DNA of 45,462 bases, filler included, from Catajapyx aquilonaris (GCA_000934665.2; 2 parts of 2 records of this genome joined end to end with filler, not necessarily neighbours in it), one strand, 5' to 3'; counted from the first letter of the whole stretch, positions 12,401-25,855 are shown. Numbers and translations: made by a program. Notes: generated from the letters alone by a model not told the origin.

Positions 12401-15400
12401 CAAAACCTCAAGCCCGACCCCAAACAACCGCCTAAATATTTTCTCCCGAAGCTTTTTGCAGAGTAATAAGTGGCGAAAGGGGAACAGCGACAGGCTTTGT
12501 TGCCACATTCACCTGTACATGCCAGCCCACCACATGTGTTCATTTTTTGTACTGTACAAGTAACATATCTGTGTTCCTTCTGAGTGAAGAAGCAGCTACT
12601 TTCAGTGCATATGAAAATTATTAGCTGCTAATATTAGGTCGAGTGGAGGCAGGGAAGGTAAACAATATGATACTTTTTTAAATTATTTAACAGCGTCGTC
12701 GTGTCAATAAAATGATCTAGGGAAATTTCTAGAGCTGCACTTCCCCTTTTGTACGGCTATAGTGAGGCATATAGAATGCGAGTAGAAAGCGAGCGAGCGA
12801 AGAGATAGAAAAGGAGAGAGAGAGAGAGAGAGGCTGAGAGGGAGGAAAGGGGATGGGGAGGGTGGAATGGACGGAAGGACATGCTTGGGAATCTCCTGGG
12901 CACTTTACTGCCCCGACTGGAGGAGGGAAGAGAAGAGGCCCCAGAAAGGCCATCGACAGCTATTGACTGCAAAGTTCGATGCGGAGGAGGTGCCAAGTGA
13001 GGATTAGGACGCCTGGCAGTCACGTTGCCTCGGCTGTTCTTCTCTTCTTTCCTAGACTCTTCTCTTTTTGTCTCATCCCTCTCCATAGCCTCCCCCCCTT
13101 AGTCCCTGTCTTGTGTCACAGGGTTCGAAATGATCTGACATATACTCGTTATTTCTAGCACTAGATATATACTAATTACATGTATTTAAACTTAAGCTGT
13201 ATCACAGTGCCATGCAGTTTACAGAACACGGTCCGTGTACTGAATATGCTTGAATAATATTATCATCCGCTGAATTTCATTTGGGTCCGAAAAGTTGTGC
13301 GTTGTAATGGTGTATTTGTGGGCAGGGAAGTGTGAGTCTCCCCGGCGCGTGTTCGCTTTTAAAAAAAAAGGTTTGGAGGGTGAAAGGTGGCTTGGAGCAG
13401 CAGTAAATCTGCGGGTCGAGCAAGGAGGCGCAACCACAGCAACACATCGTGGCGATAGGGCCTTAAGTTGGCCCCGATCCAGCCCCACAATCCAACACCC
13501 AGCCCTGCAAACCGGCCGCTTAAAAACAGGTTACTCCTTGAATCCCCCCAAAAAATAATAACCACCACAAAAAAACAATAGGATAATAATGGAACACAAA
13601 AAAATGGGGGACATGGAAATTCCCCATGCTCCATAGCAATAATTCCAGGCGATCGACCTCATTGCCATAATTCCCTGGGCCCGATTGTCTTTGATCGGCG
13701 GCGTAGCGAAACAACCTAATCCATCATCGGTGTGCCTGACGTCTCTTTTCCTTCCTGCATCTTGGCTTTTCCTGGATTTCGTTTTTTTGGGGCTTATTTT
13801 CTTTTTCTTCGTTGGCTGGATGGAGCAGGTCCGGTTGGCTCCATTAGGCCGGGGCCACAACTAATAGCCAGACCGCAGGATGCCCGCACGCGTTCAACAT
13901 GCACACACCGCGCTACCCGCAGATTCATTCCGGTTTTTTCAGCATGCTTCTGGAGGAAGGTCTGTTGCTGACTGCAGGCTTCGTTGGTTGGTTTGCTGGG
14001 GGTTGTTTTGGGGACAGAGTGGTTTTCAATTCGAAGGATTTTTAAAATTATAAAATGCTTAGGACTGGAGTTGAGGCTAGATTCGCTAGTAACAATCAGT
14101 AAAAAAAATTTGATTCAGTTCTACTTATGCGATTCTTAATCAGTGAGGAAAATGAAACTAAACCATGTAATTATTCTTGGAGCACATACATCATTAGAAT
14201 CATCATAATTACCATCAAGTTTTTGGTCTCGGGAGCGAATCTTCTCATTCCCTCCTCTCAGTTGCAATCAGCATCGTGCACCCAGCGCACAAAACTCATC
14301 TCTTCCACTCCACATTGCAAATGGAGCTCTTCACGGCCTGACTTTGGAAAAATATAGGGCATGCATCGTGCATGTCAATGTGTACGGAGAGGGAAAAAAA
14401 ATCAATCCAATTGCTAATGGACTTTTTTTTAAAACCTAATTTCAAGGTGAGTTAATGAGATAATTTCGCTTACAAGACATCATGTGTTTCTTACTAAAAT
14501 ATTTCTGAATGGCACATTTACATGTAGGTCAAAATGGCAAACTTTTGAATTTTTTGAACAAAAAAAAGTCAAACATTACTTTCTCTGGTGCCTTTTCCTT
14601 ACATGTCCGAAAGTGGTAGTAATAAAGCAAGTGCTCATGCAGCCGTATATTGGAACAAGAATGGGTTAGTACACAGTGGAAGGCGTACATGGTTCAATTA
14701 ATGGCAAAGACAGTGGCCTTGTGTGTAGTGCAGTTAGAGAGGGGTAAGGGGGCAGGTGCTTTGGGTGGGCACTCGAGGAGAAGTTCTTGGCGGGCAGGCC
14801 TCGGGTTGGTCGGGCCCCCTTCAAAACCCAAACTCGCGGACAGAAGATCTAAATGAGCCCACCCCTACCACACCCTGCTCTTCTCCCCAGCCTTCTCTCC
14901 CATCCACCCCCGGTCCTTTGAAGCTCCCTTATCAAGCACACTACACTTTGTCCTTTATCTGTTCAGACAGGTACAGAGGCTCGTTTGCGAGCCGGCTCAA
15001 TGACGTTAAGGGAACACCTACGGCAGATGGGGGACCTGTAAAGCTTCGATCTGGCCATTGCCAAGGGCCAAGTCGAATGACCGTCAGGCCTCACACACTT
15101 TAAGTCCAACCCTCCAGATATTAAACATAATTCTTTGATCCCGCAGTCAATCAATAGGCCATGGTAATAAAAACGTAACTAATTCCTAGCTAATTTCGCG
15201 AGGCAAGTTAGGTGGCTTCCCTTGCACGGAAAGGCGGTTAGGAAAACCGCAAGTCTCCAATTGACAGAAGCCGAGGCTGGGTTCCGACGTCAGACACAAT
15301 GGGGCTCAGGTGAGAGATCAAATCGCATCTGACCGCAGCTCAACCTTCCCCCGTTTACTCTCAGGCATTACTTCTGCTTGCCAATTACATCCACCTTACA

Positions 15401-16543
15401 AGAACCGCAAGGTACTCCCCCGAGTATCGTCATTCAAGTGCTCGGATATATTGCCACCCGAGAATTATTAACCTGAAGTGAAGAACTCGCGCAACTTTCT
15501 TCACTCACAATAGACTAACCGAGGCACAATGGCCACCTCACAGGAGTTCGTATACAAATTGTAAATCCGGCGAATTTTTGGTCGGTTTTTGTAGGAGCAC
15601 AACCAGGCGCCACCTTCAAGTGAATGCAAGTCGCGTTACGGAGATTCCTAAATGTGTGTGGCAAGTTGCATGGCAGCCTGTAGTCCGTGCGCCAGCTGTT
15701 TGGGCGTCGTCGGGCGTCGCTTTCTCTAGGGGCGCCTGTAGCAGCAAAAGCAGCACCCGGTGGCTGCTGGCGCCGTGCATTAGTCCGGGGAGCCGGCTCG
15801 TCACATCGCGGCTGAAAATTAATCAAACGGCGGTGCACACAAGGTGCTCGCTTTCTCTTTCTCACGCCGCGCTCACAGAAGGAAAACCGCAAGCAAAGAG
15901 GATGTATTTCCGGCGCGCCAAAACGAACTCTAATGTGAGGAATCATTTGTCTTAGGGTCCCCCCTCTCCTTTTCCTGGAGGATCGATCTCTTCTCGCTCT
16001 CTCTGAAGGCTGCTTCTTTATTTCTTTCGCCGCGTGCACTTTACGCGTGGATTCACTCGTTGCTAAACCCCTGTTGCGAACGGACTAATGGCAGCCGCGG
16101 GGATACCTTTTCTGCACTTGGCGGACAATCGCGGCCGTGCATGCGGGAGGATGCGGACCACACACTTGCTGGGGTGCATCGGATTGCCGATGTCGTGTCT
16201 GATGGTCGATCCATCAACGTGTGAGGGGGGGGGGGAGTGGGGAAATCGGGGGGTTTAATGGGCGTGATTTACATATAGGGAAAACGGGGTTAAGATCGCA
16301 ATTCATCGGGGAAAGTGATAGGCGGGAGGGTTACGATTTCATGGCCTAAATAACAGAGAGTTGTTCCAGGTACATAACTTGAGCTCAAATCAGTATTACC
16401 GTATACTGTATGTGCAATACAAGTATTTTTCCATCACTTTAATCACTACAAATGTGGGTTATGCCATTACTGCGGTAAACCTTCAATTGGTGCTGGTATT
16501 GTAGCTCCATCGTTAGTTCAACAACAACAACAACGACGACGAT

Positions 16544-16574
<31 letters not shown>

Positions 16575-18297
16575 GTAATATACGGTAATAATAATAATTG
16601 CATGTTGTAGAGAATATTACATCATCATCACGTAGATATCAAATTCACGGAAAACCTGAAGCTAATTACAATATTTTTGCTAGAACTTCATTAAAATATT
16701 CAGTAACTAAATGAAGGTTTTCACATTAATTTATATTGTACAGTACTTTTACAGATTAGTAGTATCAAAGTCAGGCAGTGCAAGTAAAGTATAGTTTGAA
16801 GTGCTTTTTCGAGAAACTCTCACTGCTAGGCAATTTCATTTTCTATCCCGCGTCCTTGAACTGGTTCAAAGTGTATTAGTTACGAGCAGGCTTACTCTCA
16901 TCGTCTGACACAAATATATGCAAATTATTGCTAAGAAACAAATTAATGACGCGTACAACGCCACTGCATTATATGCAACTGTGGCAGATCTATTTGTCAC
17001 AAGTCGACGACAGTGTCGGTACAAATGTGCTTAAAAACAATTCCGCATATTCCACTTCTATTACAATTTTTTTTGCTGTTAGCAGTAAGCACATGAAGTA
17101 AACATAGTTTGCGATTGATCCTAACTTGCACAGTGTACGTCAATTTGCCCCTGTGTGTTAGGTTTCCTGCGGGTCAAGAGAGCCGTATGGGAAGCCCTCG
17201 ACAGTCAGGATGAGCATGTTCCAAGGTCACGAGTCATATCACGTGTTTACAACATGTAAGCTACTTTTTCAAATAACAGCGATGCAAATTATTTATATCT
17301 TACAGACCTGTCAATTACACACAAAAAAACTTTATACAATCTCCTCGAACAACTACAAAAATGCCTTGTATGCTTCTATCTAACCTAGAGGTGGGGCTGG
17401 CCATTGTTGTGATATCGGCGTCGCTCAAGCCCGCCACCAACACTTCCGAATCGCCGTAATCACCAACAACAAGATATACGTTTCAAACTGACATGGAAAT
17501 TAGATTAAAACTTTTGCAGCTCCATACACGACGCTGCTTGTTGCGGCGGTGTGTGTGTGAGTCTCAATCGTCCCTAGGAGGGGGGCTTGAGAGGGGGGAG
17601 GAAAACGACACAATCGTCGCACCCTCATGGCCAACGGACTTATTAGCGAGGGACGAACCATATGTACTATAATATGAAAGCCCGCGCTCGACCGTTGCTG
17701 CCTCAGAAATAAAACGCGCATGGCCTCCTTTTGTACTTTGGAGGCAAGGGAAGGATAGGGGGTGGGGGGTAATACATGCGGGTTCTCTCGATATCCTCGG
17801 GTCCTTGCTCATCCCAAGACTACATCTTCTCACATTTGCCGCCCATATCGGCTGAGGGCTGCCAACAGCCCATATCCATAGCCTAATTAGCTCGTATCTT
17901 GGGTGCGCTCCGTCTGCTGGAATCGAGGCGACCTTTTCGGGCGCATGGGAAAGATTCTGACCTCTGAGGTTTCTTCCTTCTAAAAAATACGGAAACCGCG
18001 AGCCCATTTGGGAGGCGAAAACAGCTTCATTGGAGAAAGGTGGAAGCCTTCTGGATGCAATTGGCTTACAAGAGATGACCTGCTAATAACATCCTAGAAA
18101 CCGAGGTAATTATTGTGCGTTGGGAAAACATGAGGCAAATATTTGCTACGTGAGTGGCGAAAATAAAACAAATAGAGCATGTTCTGATGATACAAATATT
18201 GATAAACAGTTATGTGCAAGAGGTGCCTCAAATATTCTCATAACAACAGGGCACAATATAGTAGAATATTAAAACACATCTCTGGGCGCATGCGTGA

Positions 18298-18522
18298 GTG
18301 TTCCAAATTCGTGGGTCGTTTTATATAACTGATATCGCCCGATAAGAATTATTTTTTAATAGCTTGTGCCCCGATCCAGGTTCCCCATTACTTCCAGGGG
18401 GTCGAATGCAGCAGTTGACATACTGTAGAATGAGACACCTGGTTAGGGGCACAAGCTACAAAAAAATAATTGCTATCGGGCGATATCATCAGTTATGAAA
18501 ACCACCCACGAATTTGGAACAC
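18298..18522. mobile_element. Foldback MITE, Tc1/mariner-like family shared with the 28137, 28487 and 30420 copies
   Basis: ~80-bp imperfect inverted arms gtgttccaaattcgtgggt... / ...acccacgaatttggaacac. Confidence 0.8.
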
Positions 18523-18551
18523 CATGACTGTATATAATGAGCTATTCTTAA

Positions 18552-18857
18552 AGGGCGACACGGTGGCCGAGTGGTTAACGCCCCAGCCTGCCACCTCTAA
18601 GGTCCCGAGTTCGATCCCCGGATCGGACGGAGGATACTTATGTGGATCGAGTTTCGATGGGTTCTCTCCGTGTTCGTGTGGGTTTTCTCTGGGTTCTCCC
18701 GTTTCCCCCCGCAATCAAAATCCATCACAGCGCAGGCAATGATTAAAGACGGTCAAACAAAAGATGATCCCCTAAGAGGCCCAAGGAGGCCTATCACGGG
18801 TATCCATTATTATGATTATTATTATGATTATAATTATGATTATTATTATTATTAATT
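18552..18857 (+). mobile_element. tRNA-derived SINE with V-domain-like core (V-SINE type)
   Basis: A-box TGGCCGAGTGG, B-box GAGTTCGATCCC; core gttctctccgtgttcgtgtgggttttctctgggttctcccgtttcc resembles the V-domain consensus as I recall it; (ATT)n tail; near-TSD agctatt(c/g)ttaa at 18540 and 18858. Confidence 0.85.
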
Positions 18858-21800
18858 AGCTATTGTTAAGTGATTTCTAAAAATAACTTCTGCCTAAGTT
18901 AGTTTTTTGATATACCATTTAATGACCAGTTAAACCGGAGAAACCTAGCACTATAGTGAAACGTCATCATTCCTGCTTCCCATGTGACACATGGTCAAAC
19001 ATGTCTCTTCGCCTAATCCCACAGGCTGTCTGTATGATCTAGGTAGAATTGCACCGAGCCATCCGAAAGTCCAAAAATGGACGTCCCCGTCGAGCACGGT
19101 CTCTCCCCGACTCCGCGAGACTGGGATTAATGACACTCGTCATTGTTATTATTAGTCGGCAATAAGTGTCAGGTTGGCGGATGTAAGGTCGAGGAAAGGT
19201 CTCCGGATTCCGCAGGAGCTTCTGGCCGGCAAACAGATTGAGCCTGACGCGCCCCGTCAAGGAATTAGATCCGCTTCTGACCTCCATTATGAGCGCGTCT
19301 CTGCACATTTTCGCCATCAGGGGTTGACTCTCCCTCCCTCCCTCCCTCCCCACTTCGCCTCCCCCTTTCTGGAATCAACATTCTCCCTCAATCTCAGCTG
19401 CAGCCTGCCGTTTCTGCCGTTTCCACCCCCAGCCAATAGTCCCACGGTCTAATTTCACATTCCTGCGTCAAATCGATTAATTAACACCCGAGTAGACCCT
19501 CCTCTCTGCACTTTCCTCACGAAGCGCCGCGGCAAGGCGAAGGGGGTTACTGGAGAGAGAGTTTGTGAAAAAAAAAGACGAAAATTTAAAAATGCTGGTT
19601 GGAGAGATCTCTCTTCGTGGACCTATCCACAAGATGACGGAAATTTCTAGATGAGGCCCCCCATGCAGCTATAGCAGGTAAGGGCTGACCACAGCCGCAC
19701 AAATTCAAAATTCCACTCCAGTTCCCGCTGGCACTTTGGACCCTCGACTCAACTCGACTCAACGCTGACGTCGCTCGTTAAGCCTAATGACCGTTATACT
19801 TAAATGACAAGGCGTAGTAACGATCACTTAAAGCCTTAACAAGCAGGCAGGGGAGGTCTGCTTCCTTACTTATTTCCTACCTTACATATAGGTGACAGAA
19901 TTGGACGTCACTAGTCACTAGTTGGCATCATATATTCAATAGTGACATGAATGCCGAAAAAAAACAGTTCCCTCGAGAAACACTGGCTGTTTCACCTCAT
20001 ATTTTATGTAGTACGTCATGTCTAAAAAGATGAAAATAGCAGTCAGAAGGTGGAAAGGTAAAGAGAGAAAAGGGGAGTGGGTGAGAACAGAGCGAAGAAA
20101 GGGGGATGGAGTGGATGTAAAGGGGAGGAGGAGTCCGCCGCAACCAAGGTAGGGCGCCCGATGTATCTGCGTTTGCTCATTTCCGGCAATTCGCCGCGGC
20201 TGCTAGTCGCGGCGGTCTGTGTATTTCCGGCGGGTTGCAGTTGCCTATGGGTTGCTTGGCTCTAAGGGGGGGTTGGAAGGGAGAGAGAGAGAGGGGGGGG
20301 ACCACCACTTCCGCTGCCACCACTTCCTCTCTCTGTACCAGACCAACCCCAGAGAGATCTCACCCAACACATTCTCACCACCCTATACAGAGCCATGTTG
20401 ATGCTCCATTATGTTTCTGATTTTAATGTACAAAATAAGAATAAAAAAAATCAGAGGATGTGCTGGATGGGTGAGAGGCAGGATCCTCGGCAATTAGGAA
20501 TGCTGGAGTCAGGGCTCGTTCGGAGCTCCTTCTTCTTGGGCACCCCACCTCCTTGTGCCCCTGCCCCTGCCTGCCTGCCTTCCGAGTCCTCCGCAGAACT
20601 TTTTCCAATAATCCTTGTGTACCCGACGCGCCGCGCCCTTGCTCCAGGTTTTGTTTTCACCTCCTAAGCCCTCATCCGGTTGCTCCAATGTATCTTTTAC
20701 ACTGATTCTCTGCGAAACTTGTCCAAAATTGCTTAAAATAGAGCCATTAAGGTGAAAGTGTGCCAAGTGTAGAAAATTACTGCAAAGGGAAGCCTAATAT
20801 GGGCCATAACTCATTCGAGTCTCGCCTCTAATCGTGTGCAGCGGTCAGAATTATCAATTACCTTCCGCTCCAAAATTATTACGACCGTCTTTTGGAAAAG
20901 CCCAACCTGCGACTACTTCCCCTCCTTCCACCTCCTCTTTCCCCCTCCTCCCCCTTTCCCTTTTTCTTTCGACCGTCAGCTTGTTCTTTTCCTCTCTTCC
21001 CTGTCGATGCTATCACTTAGGCCCTCATAATTTCCCGCTATCGCTACCCTGGACAAAGTGGACAAGTTGCCAGGGGAAAAAAAGTAAGGAGACAGAAGAG
21101 AGGAAGTGGGGAGGGGGGAGGGGGACAAAAAAAGATACATTTCTTTCTCCTTCACAAAAGTCTGACTGTTAAGACTCGCCTTCTGTTTCCTCATAAAGCA
21201 TCAGAGTTTGGTGTCATTCCAGGGCGGGATGACGTATTGCCTTTTATGGTCCGTGTGGTTTATTAAGTGCTCTGAACTTATACGTAGCACAATTATAGTG
21301 ATACTGATACCTGATGTGTTAGGAAATAGACAGAAAGAGCCCAACGCATCCCTGTCGACCTATAACAATAAATGATCCCTTCCAGTACTGCATTAATTAT
21401 GACGTTTATGTAAATTCAGTGGAATAATATTCGATGAAAAAAATGACATTCTCAGTTTCTAAATATCTGTTGTCTGACATTGAGAAGTGAAAATCTGGGC
21501 TTAAAGTTTGAGAATTTTCACATTTTGCATTAAAAATGACCAGATATCCAGAATTTCGCTTTAAATTTTTATGCCAGTTGCAGACGGTAGCCGTTTTTTG
21601 AGCTACGTGCTCATTGAAACTTTTCATTTACTAAAATCAACAGTTCAACAATGTGGTAAAGTCTCAGTACAAAATACAAATACAATACAAATTGGGTATT
21701 GCAGTGGGGAATACACAAAAACGCACTTTAACACGATTAAAATTATTGTCCTTGAACTATGTGCTATTCAAAAAATTTGCCATGATCTGAGTCGTAAAAA

Positions 21801-23115
21801 TTAAATCACAAATTTTGACTCGTTTTCAGTACCTTCTGTGACCATTTCAAATGCAAAAATATTGCACATTCTCAGCTTTCAACTTCATATTTTCACTACT
21901 GAGTTTCCATTTTTCATCAATATGATTAGGAATAATTTCACATAAAATTATCGTGGTAAACCCCACAACCAATCCTAGAAAGGATCCTTTAGAGTTTATA
22001 TTAGAACGTAGACCTACCAATTTTGTTTTTGCAAGATATGCCACTTTATACTGTTCATCCTTTGTAAAGGCAGTTGTCAAAGTCTTGTCGCCAGAACTAC
22101 CAGTCTAATAACCTAATACAAAGAGAGAAAGTGAAAACATCACAGAAACATGTAACCAAAGAAAAAGAATCTCGACAAGCATTCTCTTTTTTTCATTATC
22201 AATCTTAATTTTAAAGCTCTTGCTCAATTAATTCAAGCTTGCTCTAAGAAACGTTGGGCATGGAAGTCGGGTTCAGATGAAAACAACAAAAAGAAAGAAA
22301 AAAAAACCCACTCCCTGCTTCACTTTCCATTTCCATTCCCGCATAAGTGGAAGAATCCCGAGTTTACGGAAGAATAAAAGAAAGCCGCAACCGGCACCCA
22401 CGAAGGGACCATCTTTAAATTAAATTTTTACAAAGCCGAGAAGTTGAGCGGGGCTTCGGGGAGTCCCGCATACCTTTATCTCCACGCCACTCATATCTGG
22501 CGTCGGCCTCTCAGGACCTCTCATTTCACAAATGTTGAAATCCGAAAAAAAGGGCTACAAACCCTTCCTATAATCCATTCTTTCCTTGCCTGCGCGCCCA
22601 CCGAATAAAGCCTCATAAAAGCCCACTGGAAAAGACCAGAAGACGCGGGTTAAAGGAGGAAAAACTCTGATGACACACAAAAAAAATATTGGCCCGTGTA
22701 GGTACACTGATATTCCACCGACGACACTTCTGTCCCGACTAATAATCCTTCCGAGATATCGACTCACTTTGCTCTTCCACCGAATATTGCCATGCTTACG
22801 CTTTCGTATCGGGAGACCCCGCACTTTTAGCTATCCTTCTAGGCGTGTATCCGCCGGGAAGGAAGGCAGCGTGCCCCTACCCCTGCCACATTCGGTATTA
22901 CATTACGAAAATCCTTCCAATTTGGCTTTTGTACAGTGCAGTACAGCTCATGGCAACATTTACTGTCCGTCTTGTGGCGCCGCAGGCCAACGAACGTTAT
23001 TGTGGCTTTGCCCACACGACGAATATGTCACGGGTGCGAAATTGTCACGGGGGCCAATATGCCGGGAGCTAAAAGTCCGGCGGCGAAACGGCGGGGGCGA
23101 AAAGTCCGAGACCCA

Positions 23116-23215
23116 NNNNNNNNNNNNNNNNNNNNNNNNNNNNNNNNNNNNNNNNNNNNTTAATTAATTAANNNNNNNNNNNNNNNNNNNNNNNNNNNNN
23201 NNNNNNNNNNNNNNN
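23116..23215. other. Assembly gap: 44 N + TTAATTAATTAA linker + 44 N
   Basis: Exactly 100 bp; the 12-mer puts stops in all six frames, typical of artificial contig spacers. Confidence 0.95.
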
Positions 23216-23313
23216 ATACAACGGCGTAAGTCCGACGTCTCTCCGACCTCGGGAAGTGGGAGATCTTTTCCATCCTATATCCTCCTCGGATTGGGGCTTT
23301 ATATATATTAGAT

Positions 23314-23505
23314 TAGATGACTGTTATTTATGCACAAAACGAAATCGTAGGGCGGCAATTTTTAAAATGGCCGCCACGGCTTTCCTATCGGCTTTTCCGA
23401 GTGGCTCCATTCCTCAAATGACTCTAAATAGTATAAGCTACGTGTGTGCCAAGTTTCATGCTGGTATCACAAAGTGTACGATTGTTCCGCGAATCCTCCT
23501 AACTA
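23314..23505. mobile_element. Probable DNA transposon terminal fragment
   Basis: tttaaaatggccgcc and gtgtgccaagtttcatgctggtatcacaaagtgtacgatt...cta resemble termini of invertebrate non-autonomous DNA elements (recalled, not searched); partner end not seen. Confidence 0.35.
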
Positions 23506-23518
23506 CGTGCGGAAGCGT

Positions 23519-23761
23519 GTGGGGAAGCGCGGTTTTCATTTTCACGGATTTCACAGAGAGGTCGTGAAAATGAAAACCGCGCTTCCCCACGGGCTTTCTG
23601 GGGTGGGGAAGCTCGGTGTTCATTTTGACGGATTTCACACCTTAGAGGTCGTGAAAATGAAACCCGAGTTTCCTCACCCCAGAAAGTCCGTGGGGAAGCG
23701 CGGTTTTCATTTTGACGGATTTCACAGAGAGGCCGTGAAAATGAAAACCGCGCTTTCCCAC
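23519..23761. repeat. Array of three ~72-75-bp hairpin units with mutually inverted 12-bp spacers
   Basis: Units 23519-23590, 23603-23677, 23690-23761; spacers gggctttctggg and cccagaaagtcc. Confidence 0.92.
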
Positions 23762-25075
23762 TCCATAGAGCCCGTGAAAATGCATATCATGAGCATATAT
23801 ACAGTAATATTAATTTCTGAGAAACTACACAGCTACCTTTGCAGACAGGACCAGTCAACAGACAATCCCAGTATTGCAAGCAGGCTTTTCTCAAATAAAC
23901 AAGAAATACCAGACTTTACATTGACTCATAATATTATCTCACCAGCAGTACTTTGAAGACCAAATGAGGCGGAAGTCTGCGGCGCGGCGCGGCGCTAGCC
24001 ACTATACTAAACCATCATTTCGCCCTCGTTCATTGTTATTAATTAGTCAACTATTAATAACAATAAAATGCAAGGATAATAGGCCACGAGCATAACCACA
24101 TCACGCACTTGAACATTTGATTTCATGAAAATTCGACTAAAATAAAAAGTAGTGCTGGTATACGTGAATCATTTGAAGATACCATAAAGTCCCATCAAAT
24201 ACATACGAAACATGTTACCGAGCACACTTTGTTTTTAAGAAATAAATATATACTTAGAAATTAGTTCATTTTCTTGCAGAGATCCCTATGGGAGGCGCAC
24301 CCGTCCGCCTTATTTATTTGATATCTTGGAGCCTAATATGAATACAACAATGAAATTGACATAACTGAAAGATTACTGCAAAAATGTTCTGAAATTTTAA
24401 GTTTATTAGGCTCATGTCAAGGGTCACGAACTTTGACCTGCTAACATGACACGTAATTTAAATCGGATATTTTTTGAGTGTTATCACCGGATTACGCGTA
24501 CCGTTTAGAATTGAAAGCCCCATTTCTCGGGTATGTGGGCTGCACAGTTACTGAAATAATCGGGTTATTGGAAGCAACAAAATGGAAGAGTCCTCATTTT
24601 TGACCTCGTCCTTGCTCGTGAACTATGGACACCAGCGGGTTTATACAATATGTCGCTTAGACCTTGACAAAATAAAGTCTGATTAGCCTAGCACTGCGCT
24701 ATTTCTGGGACGTGAATACAGACAATCGAGAAGTCACGTCAGGGCAGCCGATCGACCGATGCTATGGATATGAAGGGGAGAAGAGCAATAGGATCAACCT
24801 TTTGAAATGTACTAATATTTTTTTCCTTGTACATTGAGTAGTAAGGAAGTTAAATAAAAAACCATAAGATTCCCCATGAGAGGAATACTATTTTTTCCTG
24901 TTGCAATATTGTTCAAATATAGCCATCAAGCTGTCAGTCGGAGGCGTCTTGCCAGTCGCTTGTTGCTGTCATAATTTATTTAGTTTACATAGATATGAAA
25001 AGATAATAATGGCTGGGATGCTGATGCGCTTGCACGAAACTAACTGCTGTCGCAGATGATGACATGCAAATCAGC

Positions 25076-25079
<4 letters not shown>

Positions 25080-25154
<75 letters not shown>

Positions 25155-25474
25155 TCCGGGGTAGTGCTGACCTCATGTATGTAGCACGGACCTTTATTTA
25201 TTTGTCGTGTACTGTACATTGGAGTCTTTATACGTAACGCCCGGGCCCACGGGCAGGATGACAGGAAGGGATGTGCAAGGTGCAGTGCATCTGACGCTGT
25301 GGCCATTTTAGCGAACTTCCCCGGGTGGTTTAGTCTGTGGAAATACCACCCGAGACGAAGCCAGAGACGACCCAACTCTGCACGAGATGAAGGGGGTGTC
25401 CCCGGGTTGGGATCGAACCCGGGACCTTAACATCTGTGGGCGCGTACGTTACCGCAGCACCACTTCGCCTCCCC
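25080..25474 (-). mobile_element. tRNA-derived SINE, full length, (TTA)n tail
   Basis: Minus-strand A-box TGGTGCTGCGG and B-box GGTTCGATCCC; long (AAT)n on + strand; 14-bp TSD gcaaatcagcaata (25066-25079 and 25475-25488). Confidence 0.9.
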
Positions 25475-25855
25475 GCAAATCAGCAATATATACACAGCAT
25501 GCCAAAATTCACTTACTGGATGGCATGCCATCCAATAACTCAGTAAGTGCAGTGCAGTGCAAGTGCAGGACATTTTATTACTGCAGATATTGTTCCCTTC
25601 AAAGAGTCGTATATAATAATAATAATAATTACCCATGCAGTGGTGTGTTACGTATACATGCCAAGCATACCGTCAGAAAAAAGGCAAATAATCTTGCATA
25701 TCACGGTTTATATTGGCAGTACATCTATCGTGACATCATAAACACTATTGTTTCGAAACTGCATGCGTAGATGCTAGTGCATTTAAAAGTGTCTATTGTT
25801 CCTGCAACCCCTCAGAGAAGTGCAGTTCTGCAAACAGTCGTGCAGAATCTCCGTA

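Noticed and set aside
23160..23171. TTAATTAATTAA as a homeodomain-binding palindrome
   Set aside because: Centred in a symmetric N run; it is an assembly linker.
23519..23761. CRISPR-like array of palindromic repeats
   Set aside because: Units are 72-75 bp, the spacers are 12 bp and complementary to each other, there are no cas genes, and the context is eukaryotic.
23444..23956. 170-aa ORF with repeated VKMKTALPH motifs
   Set aside because: Translation of the palindromic repeat array; similar peptides appear on both strands.
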